64,000 nt of DNA, from NCBI GenBank assembly GCA_044892525.1, contig CM097886.1, positions 85,126,001 to 85,190,000 on the forward strand. The letters are read 5' to 3'. This document shows, one piece after another, positions 53,091 to 64,000 of the stretch. How positions within the stretch are numbered: position 1 is the stretch's first letter; every line of letters begins with the position of its first letter. A program made the position numbers and the translations under genes. The stretch is from Schmidtea polychroa (Eukaryota). The notes beneath the pieces are model-generated. The model made no database searches. It was not told the DNA's origin and saw only the letters and a program-made list of their open reading frames with translations.

Positions 53091-55042
53091 TGCCTTATTC
53101 ATCCCGCTTATCTCCCACACACATCATTTTCATCAATTCAGGCACACATGCAATCATTTCCTGGCAACTTTCTAGTGAAAGTTAATAATTATTTATTAAA
53201 ATACCACACATAAGTCATGTTTATGTTGAGTTAACTTACCGTTCAACACTGATAATTATTACTTAATTTCAATTCAGACTTCAATTCAGATTTCAATTCA
53301 AAGTTGAGTTTAATTATCCAGATTTCGTTCCCCTTTAAAATTAAATTTTCAATTAATAATAAAAATAAAATTTTGATCCAAGATGTTTAAATCACCTATT
53401 TATAATTTTTTATAATGTTACCAATTGGTACTTACTCAAATAATAATTTAAATTTGTAATTTTTAAAATTTCTATTTTAATTTATGATTTTTATATTAAT
53501 AAAAAATACAAAATATAATTAATAATCAATTAAATTACCTTAGGTCATTAACCTAAAAAATCATATATATAATTTTTTAATATTAATAAAATTTTCAATA
53601 ATTATTTATATTAATTAAATGAAGAAATTTTTGTAAATTATATTTTTTAGAAGCAAGAATGCGACAAAAACCTCACCAGCGGCCAGCACCATGCGCGGTT
53701 CGCTTTTGGTTTCAAGTTTGGAAATATTACCTATAATTATGAGAGGAATAACGAAAGGGTAATAAATATTTTATGAAATATTTATAATTATAATTTATGG
53801 ATTCACTGCAGAGATCCACACCCTCAGGAATGACAGCTATCCGTGCTCGAGACTTTAAAGCTTATTAGAAATTTTGAACATCTGATTTAGTTTGTACTGT
53901 GAAATAAATTTAGATTTTCGGCTTTTAATTTACATTTAAATTTTCATTTACCATTTAATGTAATTTTATTTTCTGGGGCACTTATTCCAATCTATTCAGA
54001 TCACTTATTATTACCAGAGAGCCTGAAACCTATTTGATCATGCCATGCGAATCCTTTCATCTGATGAATTATAGATCCAAAGGGTTTGATTTTCTGGATT
54101 ATATTTAATACTCAGGTAATGATTTGTTCTCTCCCGCTTTACACATTGTTGTATAGTGATCACAACAATAACTCCAACAACAACATTGAAATGGGGTAAG
54201 TTCCACTTATAGGTAAATTGGCTAAACTGTTCGCATCATCCTATAACCTGGGGCGTATTTATGTAAAACTGGAATTTATAATTTTGAAAATTTGATATAG
54301 ATATATCTACGCACGTACACACACATATATACATATATACATATATACATGTATACACATATACATATACCTGTATATGTATGTAATTTAAATTATTAAT
54401 ATTGATGTCGTCTTCGATCATTATTTACCATTATTTACCTTAGTGATTTGCTTTAATATTATTGGGTGTAAATGTTCTAAAATTAAATTTGTCATTACAG
54501 GAATTCCAAAATCGATAATTTTGTTTAAAATTTTATTTTTAAGAAATCGTAATTACTTTAATCATATAATCAGTTTAGTGGGGAAAATAAAATTAATAAG
54601 ATTAATCATGATAAAGTAATGATAACAATAAATGTAAGAGTAGTAGTACTAATGGTAGTAGCAGTAATGTTAAAATAATAATATCAATAATGATAAACGG
54701 CTAATGTACCTTGATATTTTTATGAAATTACCACGGGTATACAGCTTGGGGGTCATTTAGGAATTTTTAGAGTTGTCATTTTAAAATCAAATAATATAAT
54801 TTTCATATATACACATATATATATATGTTTTGACCCCCTTTGGGTATTGCTCACAAGAGTACCACTCACATTCAACATGTCGCAATGATACTGATCATAA
54901 AGGTACTAGTATTTGATTTTAATGCTTTTATTTGAATGATTATTTAGGCAAATTTGTTGTACAAGTACATGTGAATTAATTTTAATATGATGACCTACAA
55001 ATATTTTTTTTTTATAAATGTCAGCGTTGGCCAATTTTTTAG

Positions 55043-55152
55043 TGTTGGCGGATTGTCGTGTTGGCAGATTGTCTGTTAGCGGATTGCCATTTGGCGGATT
55101 GTCGTTTGGCGAATTGTCGTACTTGCTGGATTGTCGTGTTGGCGGATTGTCG
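55043..55152. repeat. Degenerate 15-16-bp tandem repeat
   Basis: About 7 copies of TTGGCGGATTGTCGTG variants. Confidence 0.85.
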
Positions 55153-55459
55153 GAATACGTTTATTCTTAACCCTTACTTATAATTATATATGATTGTATT
55201 ACCATACTCATAAGTTTTGAACCTATAAATATCATATTATGGTTACCTCTAATTTTATTAAATTTTATTTATCAAGTTGTAATATTTTATAATGCCAAAA
55301 TTCATCTGTAATCTTTATAAAATCGAGGCTAATGATTTTATCATATAAGTATTCATATAATTTATACTCTCATATTAACATTACATATTATCTATAATTA
55401 TAAATTTATAAGCTAAATTTTATAAATTTCCCCATGATATATATTCGTATTAATATTAC

Positions 55460-55464
<5 letters not shown>

Positions 55465-55529
<65 letters not shown>
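55465..55529. repeat. (TA)n microsatellite; shorter one at 50642-50670
   Basis: Pure TA run. Confidence 0.95.
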
Positions 55530-55531
<2 letters not shown>

Positions 55532-57179
55532 CCTAATCCATTATTTATAAATATAAATTTATTGATCTTAGATCTTATAAATCACCCCCTATAGCCCAGT
55601 GATATCTAAAAGTCATACCACTTCTACTTAAATCTGTTACTGATGTACAAAAGAATTTACAGTTAAAAAAATTTTATAAATTGAAATTTTGTAAAATCAC
55701 CCCCCCCCCCTTTTTGATTCTATGTATGTATATATCTATATCATATTAATAATTATAACGTACTTATTATTTATACATCCAAATTCTAACTGTAAACTTT
55801 GACAACAAAACCCTTATATGTCTATACATATATCATACTAATAAACATCCCGTATATATTACGTATAAATTAAAATGACGACTCCTAATATCGAGAAACG
55901 ATCAAATCATAATTCCATATATATACTTCTAAGTACTATTGGTACTTTATTTGCAGAGTCAAACTTATAATTTAAATTTTATAAGAGATCCCCTTCGGAT
56001 TATATAACCAGCCACAATTACATATATTCAGACGGCTCATTCATAGTAAATATTATACCTTCTTCTAAAAGTAATTTCTGCTGAAAATCTCATCGCGCAT
56101 ATGGGTTGTGAACAGGTAGTAGCCCATCGAATTGTATTCAGGGCGATTGTTTATTCCCCTTACAATTAAAATAGTTACGTGGAAAATTACAAGTAGCAGT
56201 AACACAAGCTTTATTAATAACACAATTTGAGCTAGCTCAAGCTCAGCTCCAAGCGGTCGAAGCTGGTAGGCCTATCGAAGAGGCCGAAGTCGAGCCACTC
56301 CCCGAGAAAAAACGCGGTAGACCCCGCAAGACGGCTCCGCGAAGTTGAATGCGGACCTGTGATTTTGACTTCGATAACAGCAACAATCTTTTGTGATTTC
56401 TTTTGTTTAATTGCATCATAATGACTTCTTAGTTTTTGTTATATTCATTATTAATAAATAAAATTGTTATACTCTTTACAACGAATTATTTTCTTTTAAT
56501 TTGGGCACAGAGATTTAGCATGCGTGTGAGAAATTAATAACTGTTATATATCTATGGAGAGCTGAGTTTTGGGAATGCCTTCAGGCGGGAGGGGGGAATA
56601 ACAGGTGGGAAACCCCTTTAATGGTGTTATAATTTAGTGTACAAGCTATTCGAGGGCCTCCGAAAAGATAGAGAGCAGGCCAACAACAGGTCGAGCGTCT
56701 ACAAGGCAGCATCAATAAGTTCAAAGAGCGATGCCGAGAAATGGAGCAGACTTGGTTTCGTCTCGAGGTAATGCACAAACGCCTGAAGCAAATTGAACAA
56801 CTACAACTCCAGAGCTCTCAGGGTAAAACCGAAATACGCGCCCTGAAACTGCAGATGCAAGCAATGGAAACACGGCTGAACCAGAAAACGATAGACGAAC
56901 ACTTCACGGCAGCCATCCGACCAATGTCTACGTAGTTGGCCGAAATCCACCCAGCCAAAACCACCAAGACCAAACGCAAGCGTCTAGGCAGAGATGGCAG
57001 AGAGTGACTGAAACGACCGCGGTTGGCCGAACAAGGACCGTTGGTCGAAACAGGATTGTCGCAACTGAAACCGCTTTGTGAACAATGAAGAAACAATATC
57101 ATTAGTTCATGAATAAAATTATAGTATTTCTGACACAGGTGATGCATGTTAGTTTGATAAGGTTGAATGAAAATTGTGT

Positions 57180-57390
57180 GATTTGGGAAGACAATAGAGT
57201 CAAGAGACCAGTGAAATCGGATGTACATCTTCTATCGATAGTCCGTGGATCCAAAGAGTACCCGACAATTATAGTGCTCACTTTTTGCGAGTACTTACCC
57301 AGTTGATACATTACCAACGATGATCACTCATCGGGTATCAATTGGTAGGATCATCATTGTATTCTGGGTTACGCTGGAAACAGCACGAAA
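57180..57390 (+). repeat. Dispersed repeat, inverted partner of 52865-53090
   Basis: Reverse-complement similarity over about 200 bp; shares the CTTCTATCG core also seen at 30802, 49394 and 50161. Confidence 0.8.
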
Positions 57391-59596
57391 GGGTAAGATG
57401 TTTGACTAACTGTAACCTACCAATTGTTTACATCTCGTGTAACTATAATAAGTAAAATTGACCAAGGCTATAGCGAGCTTTTAGTTTGGTTGTAGCTCTA
57501 AGATCTCTATATAACACTAAGGGTTCACCGTACCGAGTCCAGTAAGCCAGTTCGACGAACAACTTGAATAATTAATGACCTATGGTGCAATTTGACTACA
57601 CATCTAACATAAGATTTAACCATAACTACTTATCAGACCCTAGGAGTTCGTTTCTCAAACGTCTTGTGGCCTGAGAGAGACAAACAGATAACGTACACAA
57701 ATCACAATAATTGTCTCACTAAATCATTTTATGAAGTTAATATAGCATTTTAATGATTTCAGTTAACGAGAATTATAAGGAGATCCCTTCAATATTTTAA
57801 AGTTTGACCAACTTTATTAGTTCATGAAAAGTGTCAAATTTGCTGTCCACATGTAATGTTTTGCATGAGAAATGACAAATGATAGAGCAAGACTGGAACT
57901 ATTCAATCTAATAAAACCTTGCAGGTTTAGGCGATGTATTCATTATCAAGCTGCAGAATTTATAACTATAAAAATCATGTTGGAAGAGCGCCACACTGGA
58001 CCCATACGGGAGGTAGAGTTATGGTGTCACATACTTCGCCTGTCACTGAGACTACCACTCACGGAATTAGGCGTTGGAACTCTTGCGAGCCTCCACCATC
58101 CAGTCCAATGAAACGTGATTTCAATGTCCATAAAAATAAAAAAATAATTTCTTGCTTCATGAAAACCATCAATTTTGTAATCATTAGAGCAAAAATGAAC
58201 GGCTGTTAATTTTTTAAAAAATTATTAATTTTCCTTATGAACATTATAGCGAATATCATAATACAAAAAAAAACAAACATTTTAAACTATTATAATCAAA
58301 AATATCTTACTGAATCGTGCGGATTGTAGTAAAAATTTTCTAAAATTAATAATAATAACGAGAATTTGAAGTTTTGATAAAGTAAAAAATTCAAATTTTT
58401 ATAAGATTATAAATAATTTGCCGAGACGTCAGCTCATATAGTTATTTGTTGATTTGCTCAACCAATCAGGATTGACAACGCCTACGAATTTCGATCAATT
58501 TAATCTTAGAATTTAGATTTAAATTTCAATAAATTTGATTGATCTATTTCAATTTTTTGTTTTAATTGTTGATTTCATATTTTGATTTTCTTATTTTATC
58601 TATTTTCCTGATTGATTGACTAGTCGCCTTTTATAACAGTCTTATGGATAATCTGATATATTTTTGCTATTTTGTGTCTTTACGGTGATATTTTTGTTTT
58701 TTCTGCATTAAATTGTGTTTCTTGTGCAACTACTTGAGCGTATCAATTAATTATTTTTATTTAATTTAATTTTTTGTTATGATTAATTTTGTTTTACTTG
58801 ATGTTTTTTTTAAATTTAAATAACTTTCTGCGATTTTTATGTTATGTAGCTTCGTCTTGGCATATTATCCATGCTTATTCTCGATTTACTTTTTAATCAT
58901 TTTAGTTAATTTTATATTTGGGTCCCTCCCTTCGAAGATTCTATTTATTCCTCACACGATTCAGCCCAACAAAATGATTGAAAAATTGAAAAATACTTAA
59001 TAAAAAATGAAATCAAAAATAGCTGTTATTTAAATAGCACAATAAAATTTTAGAATCTTTCTTTAGTGACAATTAACTGATATATTTCTATTTTTCTAGT
59101 ATATTATCTTATTAATAGAATTAGGAATTTTTTTTGGATATAGTATTTGTTTTAATAAATCAGTTTTCTCTAACCTCTTTATAATATTTGATAAAGTAAC
59201 CAAGTATTATTAAACTAAGAAGCTACTTTCAATCCTTCATTTAATTGAGAATTATGAATTAGTTTTAATCGAGCTGAGATGAATTTTTTAAATTTGCTAT
59301 GTTAAATTGAATATTTAAACATTTTCAATATTATATTTTAATCTCAATGAGTTTATAAGTAAAAAAGTTTTCATAGAAGTTTGATTCAATGATTCAATGA
59401 TCCAAATTTTTCAAAATCAATCGATTTCAATATCAAATAATGTATGTAATATATCACTAAGTTCATTTATGAACCTACATCAGGATGTGTATATTGAGTT
59501 TTTTTAACTGATTACACTATTAATCATACCAATCGAAATTTATAATAACATTTTATTGAAGCACTATTCATTATTTACTTTAATTACATCAATCCA

Positions 59597-60307
59597 ATGA
59601 ATGACAATGAATTGAATCAATATCTATCAACAGATGTGAAAACATTTGATTTGATTGGATTTAGGGGTCGAGAATTTGTGTCTAAACTCATAGTTCACAT
59701 GGAAAGGAAAGCCATAAGCAATAAAGATATTCATATTGATCCGAAAATTTCTCATGTAGGAATTGTTGTAGAAGGCAGAGATTTGCAAGAATATCACGAT
59801 TGTTCTCTTGCCAATGCTATTGATGTAAATAAGTGTTATATATTTGAATCGACAGCAACAGGCAGAATAATCGACAAAGTTAAAGATGTATATGGGAAAT
59901 ATTTTTTCGGAGCTCAACTGAGAGACTTGAAAAAAGTCATTTCCAGCTATAAAGGATGTGTTTTTCATTCTTCAAAACTTTTCCCAGTTAATCGTGAACA
60001 AGTGAAACAGTTCGTCGAATTTATTCAGGAATATAATCATCGGCCATATGAAAAATCTTTTAGATCTCTATTTGGAAATATTTGTCGATGCATTGAAATT
60101 CGTGACAATACAGATAGTGTTTTCTGTTCAGAATTAGTCTGCCTGGCTTTAATTAAGAGTGGTGTTCTGGCAGAATCCATCAATCCAGAATTAGTTGTCC
60201 CGCTAGATTTTTATCCAGATCCCATCAATATTGGCAAAACTCTTGATGTTGACGGCGAAATTCCTTTAATATATAGCGATCCGGTGACTTTGAAAAAAAA
60301 TTACTAG
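59597..60307 (+). CDS. Intronless 236-aa permuted papain-like NlpC/P60 protein (YiiX/YebB, poxvirus G6R type)
   Basis: DLIGFRG, ISHVGIVV (His) upstream of VFCSELV (Cys), YIFEST, HRPYE. Confidence 0.8.
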   Translation: MNDNELNQYLSTDVKTFDLIGFRGREFVSKLIVHMERKAISNKDIHIDPKISHVGIVVEGRDLQEYHDCSLANAIDVNKCYIFESTATGRIIDKVKDVYGKYFFGAQLRDLKKVISSYKGCVFHSSKLFPVNREQVKQFVEFIQEYNHRPYEKSFRSLFGNICRCIEIRDNTDSVFCSELVCLALIKSGVLAESINPELVVPLDFYPDPINIGKTLDVDGEIPLIYSDPVTLKKNY

Positions 60308-60950
60308 AGTTATTATTTTTATTAAATTATATTTTTACATTCAGTCTTTAATATTTTTATCTTTATTTAATTGTTACTGTAAGGTGATATAATACTAATT
60401 TATAATAGAATAATTTTATTGCTAGGTCACCATGACCTTGGTGCTTGGCAACCGATGCGAGAGTATTTGTGTGGAATAAAGTGAAATATGTAAACCTAAT
60501 TCTGAAATACATCAGAAACCACTCAGATACGTTTCCTAAAACATAAGAAAAAATACATACTTTGATTTCACGCCGATGTTCTCACTGATAATGCAATGAG
60601 ATTCGCATTACACTATCGAAATCTTAAAAGTGGTAGAAAAATTAAATACTGCATACAAACACAACACATACACCTAAATCCAGAATATAAAAGTTTCTAT
60701 AATCTAAAAAAAAATCGATAAAATTATATTATAGCAACACACAAACTTACCTGTGTGCAAAAATTTAATGTTCCGAATGTTAAAAGTTTTATTATAGGAA
60801 TTGAGAAAGTGACAGAAAAATAATTTTACATACAAACACAGCACACATAATATAAAATACACGCAAATTTAATATAGCTTTTTTTATTCCGAAAGTAGAG
60901 AGTCATTAACATATTGTTAACATATCATTAATTTAAAATTATTAAAATTC

Positions 60951-61426
60951 ATGGCTGAAAAAAATTTGGATTTTGAATCTGACAACTCAACTTTGAGTTT
61001 TCGAGAAATGGATGACAAAACATCGTGAAATCTATTTATAAAATATTTTTGAAGTTAATATTTCTTTAGATGTTCAGATATTTCTTTGGAGACATTTCCA
61101 TTTTTCGAAGGTGAATATCTGACAATGTAAGAATTTTTTTATTTAATTACAAATAATTAAAATATTTTACAGCATATCAGATATTTCTAGTCAAACGCCG
61201 TTGTGTGAAGATATTCAACAAGTTCCATCGACATCTTTGGAATTGAAGAAAAAAATTCGAAAATCGTAAATTTTAATAACTTATTTTAAAAAAATAATAT
61301 TTTCAAAGAATTTCAGAAAATGACAAAATCCGTCTCATCAATGCATATGAAAATGGAGAAAATTATAAAGATTTTGGAAGATTACTGGGAATCTCCAAAA
61401 AATCGATTGGAACCATTATTTCTTAA
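60951..61426 (+). CDS. Small 4-exon gene (113 aa) ending in a helix-turn-helix; exons 60951-61024, 61070-61126, 61173-61265, 61309-61426
   Basis: Three GT-AG introns of 45, 46 and 43 bp, all phase 2, give one open frame; ISENDKIRLINAYENGENYKDFGRLLGISKKSIGTIIS. Confidence 0.6.
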
Positions 61427-61846
61427 AAAAATAAATGTGTTTGGTGATTATTTTATTTCTTTTTAGTTAAAAATATATATAACTTACATTTTATTGAAAT
61501 AATTCCAAATTCATAACATATCATAAAATACCTAAAAAAGCACCTGAAATTTAATTATCAATATATTATAAATATATTATAAATGCTGATTACAAGTAAT
61601 ATTTAAGAGCTTGAATAATGATCTCATAATTATATAAAATCAAAATTCAAGCCTTAAAATATACTTAAATTTAAAAAACTTACTTCTAAAATCATAAATA
61701 AAATTGAATTGAAAATCAAAAAATGAAATAAACTCTCATAAATGGTGAGTCATCGATTGATGAACACACCAACATGTATTATAGAGACTTTTAACATGTG
61801 GAATTAGGTGTACTATAAAACACATGCAAACTTTATATATAGAAAT

Positions 61847-63010
61847 TAGGGATCGCAATCCTGGAGCCTTTTTTCAATCCCGGGATTGGCTTTTGTTGAT
61901 CCCGTCGGATTAACCTAATAGAATTTTGTTATTATTTATTTGGAAAAACTGAAAACATTGTACAAAATATTTTTATAAAAGTTTTTTTTATTTAGACGAA
62001 AAGGAGAAAACATTACAAATTAAATTCACAAAATTCATTATTTATTATTATTATATTATAGATATAGAAAATATGGTAAAAAAAAAATATATTTTTTACT
62101 GACTTAAAAATGTTTATTTTAAATTAGTTTCTTTTTGACTGTTAGTGAAAAAATCCTCGAAGGAAACACAATGAATCGACAGTATCGTCATTTAAACGTG
62201 AACGAAACTTAGTTCATAAAATTCCGGCAGCTGAAAAAGCTCGCTCCGAATCTACACTTTGTAGGTGGAATGGTTAACAAAAATTTATACACCATATTTA
62301 AATTAACACCAAGAGCACCTCCACTTTCATAAATTACCATCTCTCTTTTTAAAAATAGATTTAAGTTATTTGCTGATGATCCAGATGGCATTGGTGATTT
62401 TGCTAATCCTTTCTCAATTGCTAATTGTAGTTGATCCTGCATTGGTATTGTCGTTATAGTTTCTGATGTATCATTCAAAATTGGAGATTCGGCTCTTCTG
62501 GCCTCTGTGGTTGAAAAAGACACCTTTTCCAGAGTATTCTGAACAAATTTCCGTATACATAATTTGAATGGCATCTTAAACACACCGAAATCTTCATCAA
62601 TGCTGCTAGACTTGTGTAAATATTGTAAGACACCAGAGAGTTCTGGACTAAGTCGTTCTGTAATGCATAATTTAAGCGCTTGTGACATTTGTTTACATAT
62701 TGGTGATCCGTTATTGTCAAGATTTTGTAGCATGGACTGTAGTGCTGGTGTTGCGGTTAGTAAATATGAGTCCTCACGACACAATACTTCTAATGTCAAC
62801 TTCACGGGCTCCAGGGTCGAAATAATATCGAGGATGCTGTTAATCTCTTCATTTGAGAAATAAATTGGAGATTTCAAATCTAAAAGACATTTCTGAATAG
62901 AAATCTTGAGAAAATTAAAATATTTTTCATTTTTTTTAGAAATTAATTAATAATTAGAATGGTTTTTCCGGGATCGGGATTTGGGATCTTAAATCCTGGG
63001 ATCCCGGGAT
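61847..63010 (-). mobile_element. hAT transposon remnant with C-terminal transposase fragment (62209-62877)
   Basis: End TAGGGATCGCAATCC and clusters of GGGAT/ATCCC; LEPVKLTLEVLC, frameshifted LLTIPPTSVDSERAFSAAG dimerisation motif. Confidence 0.75.
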
Positions 63011-63207
63011 AGAAATGCGCCGATGAGATATGTTTCTATAATAACTTAATTTTAGATAATTTTGAGAAAAAAAGATCGCTGAAAATGTTTTTAAATGTAT
63101 TTTTAAAGAAACTACGTTAAATTGTCATGAAAATGACGAAATATCATTGTAGGAATTATTTTTAAGTTAAAATTTAGTTAAATATTCATTAGATCTTGTG
63201 ATATTTA

Positions 63208-64000
63208 TGTTGGGTTTTTAATGTAAGTCGGTGCTACGGTCTGACTCCTCTGTGTTCTTTTTCAAAATAAATAAATAACCCAACACAAAATCTTTATTAA
63301 CACTGATGCAGTTACACTTTTACACTTTTTATTAGTTTACTCACACTTGACACAATCAGGTTTTGTCTGAACTTTTCAAATTGCCAACAAATCTCAATTT
63401 TAATATTTCTTTTTTCGCTCTCGTTACTTCGACTTTCTTTTCTTCGACCAACTGGCAGTTTTGTTTTCTTGCCAGTTGCTTTTATACCCACTTGGTAATT
63501 GACTTTATTTTTGCCTATTAGTTTTGGTCTTACTTCCCCCCGGGTTTCCTCTTGGAGGTCTAACTCAATTTAAGGGAATTGGCTCATTTTTCTTTGACGG
63601 CTCTTATCACTTTTATTTTATCCGGCTAAATTAATTGCCTTCCCAAAATTGGGTTTCTCAATTCGCTCGGGTTTCCCATTGTCTCGGGTTTCTCATTAGC
63701 TCGGGTTCTCCATTAGCTCGGGTTTCCCATTAGCTCGGGTTTTCCATTAGTTAATTAATTTTTAATTAATTTTTGTTTTTTCTAATTTATTCCTTTTAGG
63801 GACCCCCCATTGATTTTATTTTATTATAGCTGAACTCGTCTCATTATTTAGCATCCGCCCATACCAGTTTCCCCCATAAAATATTCATTTTTTAAAATTT
63901 TTGATTTTTAATTAATATTTTGTACTTTAAATTTTTATTTTGAATTTGGTGTTTTTGTCAATTTTCACCTCATTTTTGTGCCTCTCTTGTTGAACCCCAA
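63208..64000. repeat. Possible solo LTR cut by the window end
   Basis: Starts TGTTGGG at 63208, T-rich body, window ends CCCCAA (would complete CCAACA). Confidence 0.35.
63665..63750. repeat. 17-bp tandem repeat, 5 copies
   Basis: CTCGGGTTTCCCATTAG and variants. Confidence 0.9.

Noticed and set aside
52540-54210. Scattered exon-like blocks with GT/AG ends on the plus strand
   Set aside because: Could not be joined into one open frame; stops in the candidate middle exons
57970-58971. AAAATCATGTTGG at 57971 as the start of a solo LTR ending at 58971
   Set aside because: No matching TSD, no PBS and no similarity to the giant LTR start
63665-63750. GGGTTTCCC repeats as NF-kB or CSL sites
   Set aside because: Imperfect consensus and no functional context; likely an ordinary repeat-internal minisatellite

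Overview
AT-rich eukaryotic DNA with 43-59 bp introns. A planarian-like flatworm host is inferred, not proven. Positions 1-28353 hold a minus-strand giant Ty3/Gypsy LTR element, about 30.6 kb if the truncated left LTR is full length. It has near-identical LTRs of about 4.2 kb with TGTTGG...CCAACA ends and a tRNA-Pro-type PBS. Its 4764-codon polyprotein reads Gag, three ubiquitin-like domains, a Bcl-2-like domain, a class III (chuvirus-type) envelope glycoprotein, PR, RT, RNase H, IN (internally deleted in this copy), two ankyrin modules and a second membrane protein. Seven separate accessory ORFs include a full TRAF, an IAP-type RING protein and an ORF inside the LTR. Six of these start right after a TAG splice acceptor, and a candidate donor lies just downstream of the LTR TATA box. 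The element behaves like a giant complex retrovirus with apoptosis and innate-signalling modulators; it should be compared with the planarian Burro giant elements. The rest of the window holds a decayed Gypsy pol, host SNRNP200/Brr2 (5 exons), POLR1E/RPA49 with a duplicated terminal exon, hAT, pogo and Merlin transposon copies, an intronless permuted NlpC/P60 gene and a small 4-exon HTH gene. All domain calls come from motif reading; no database search was run.
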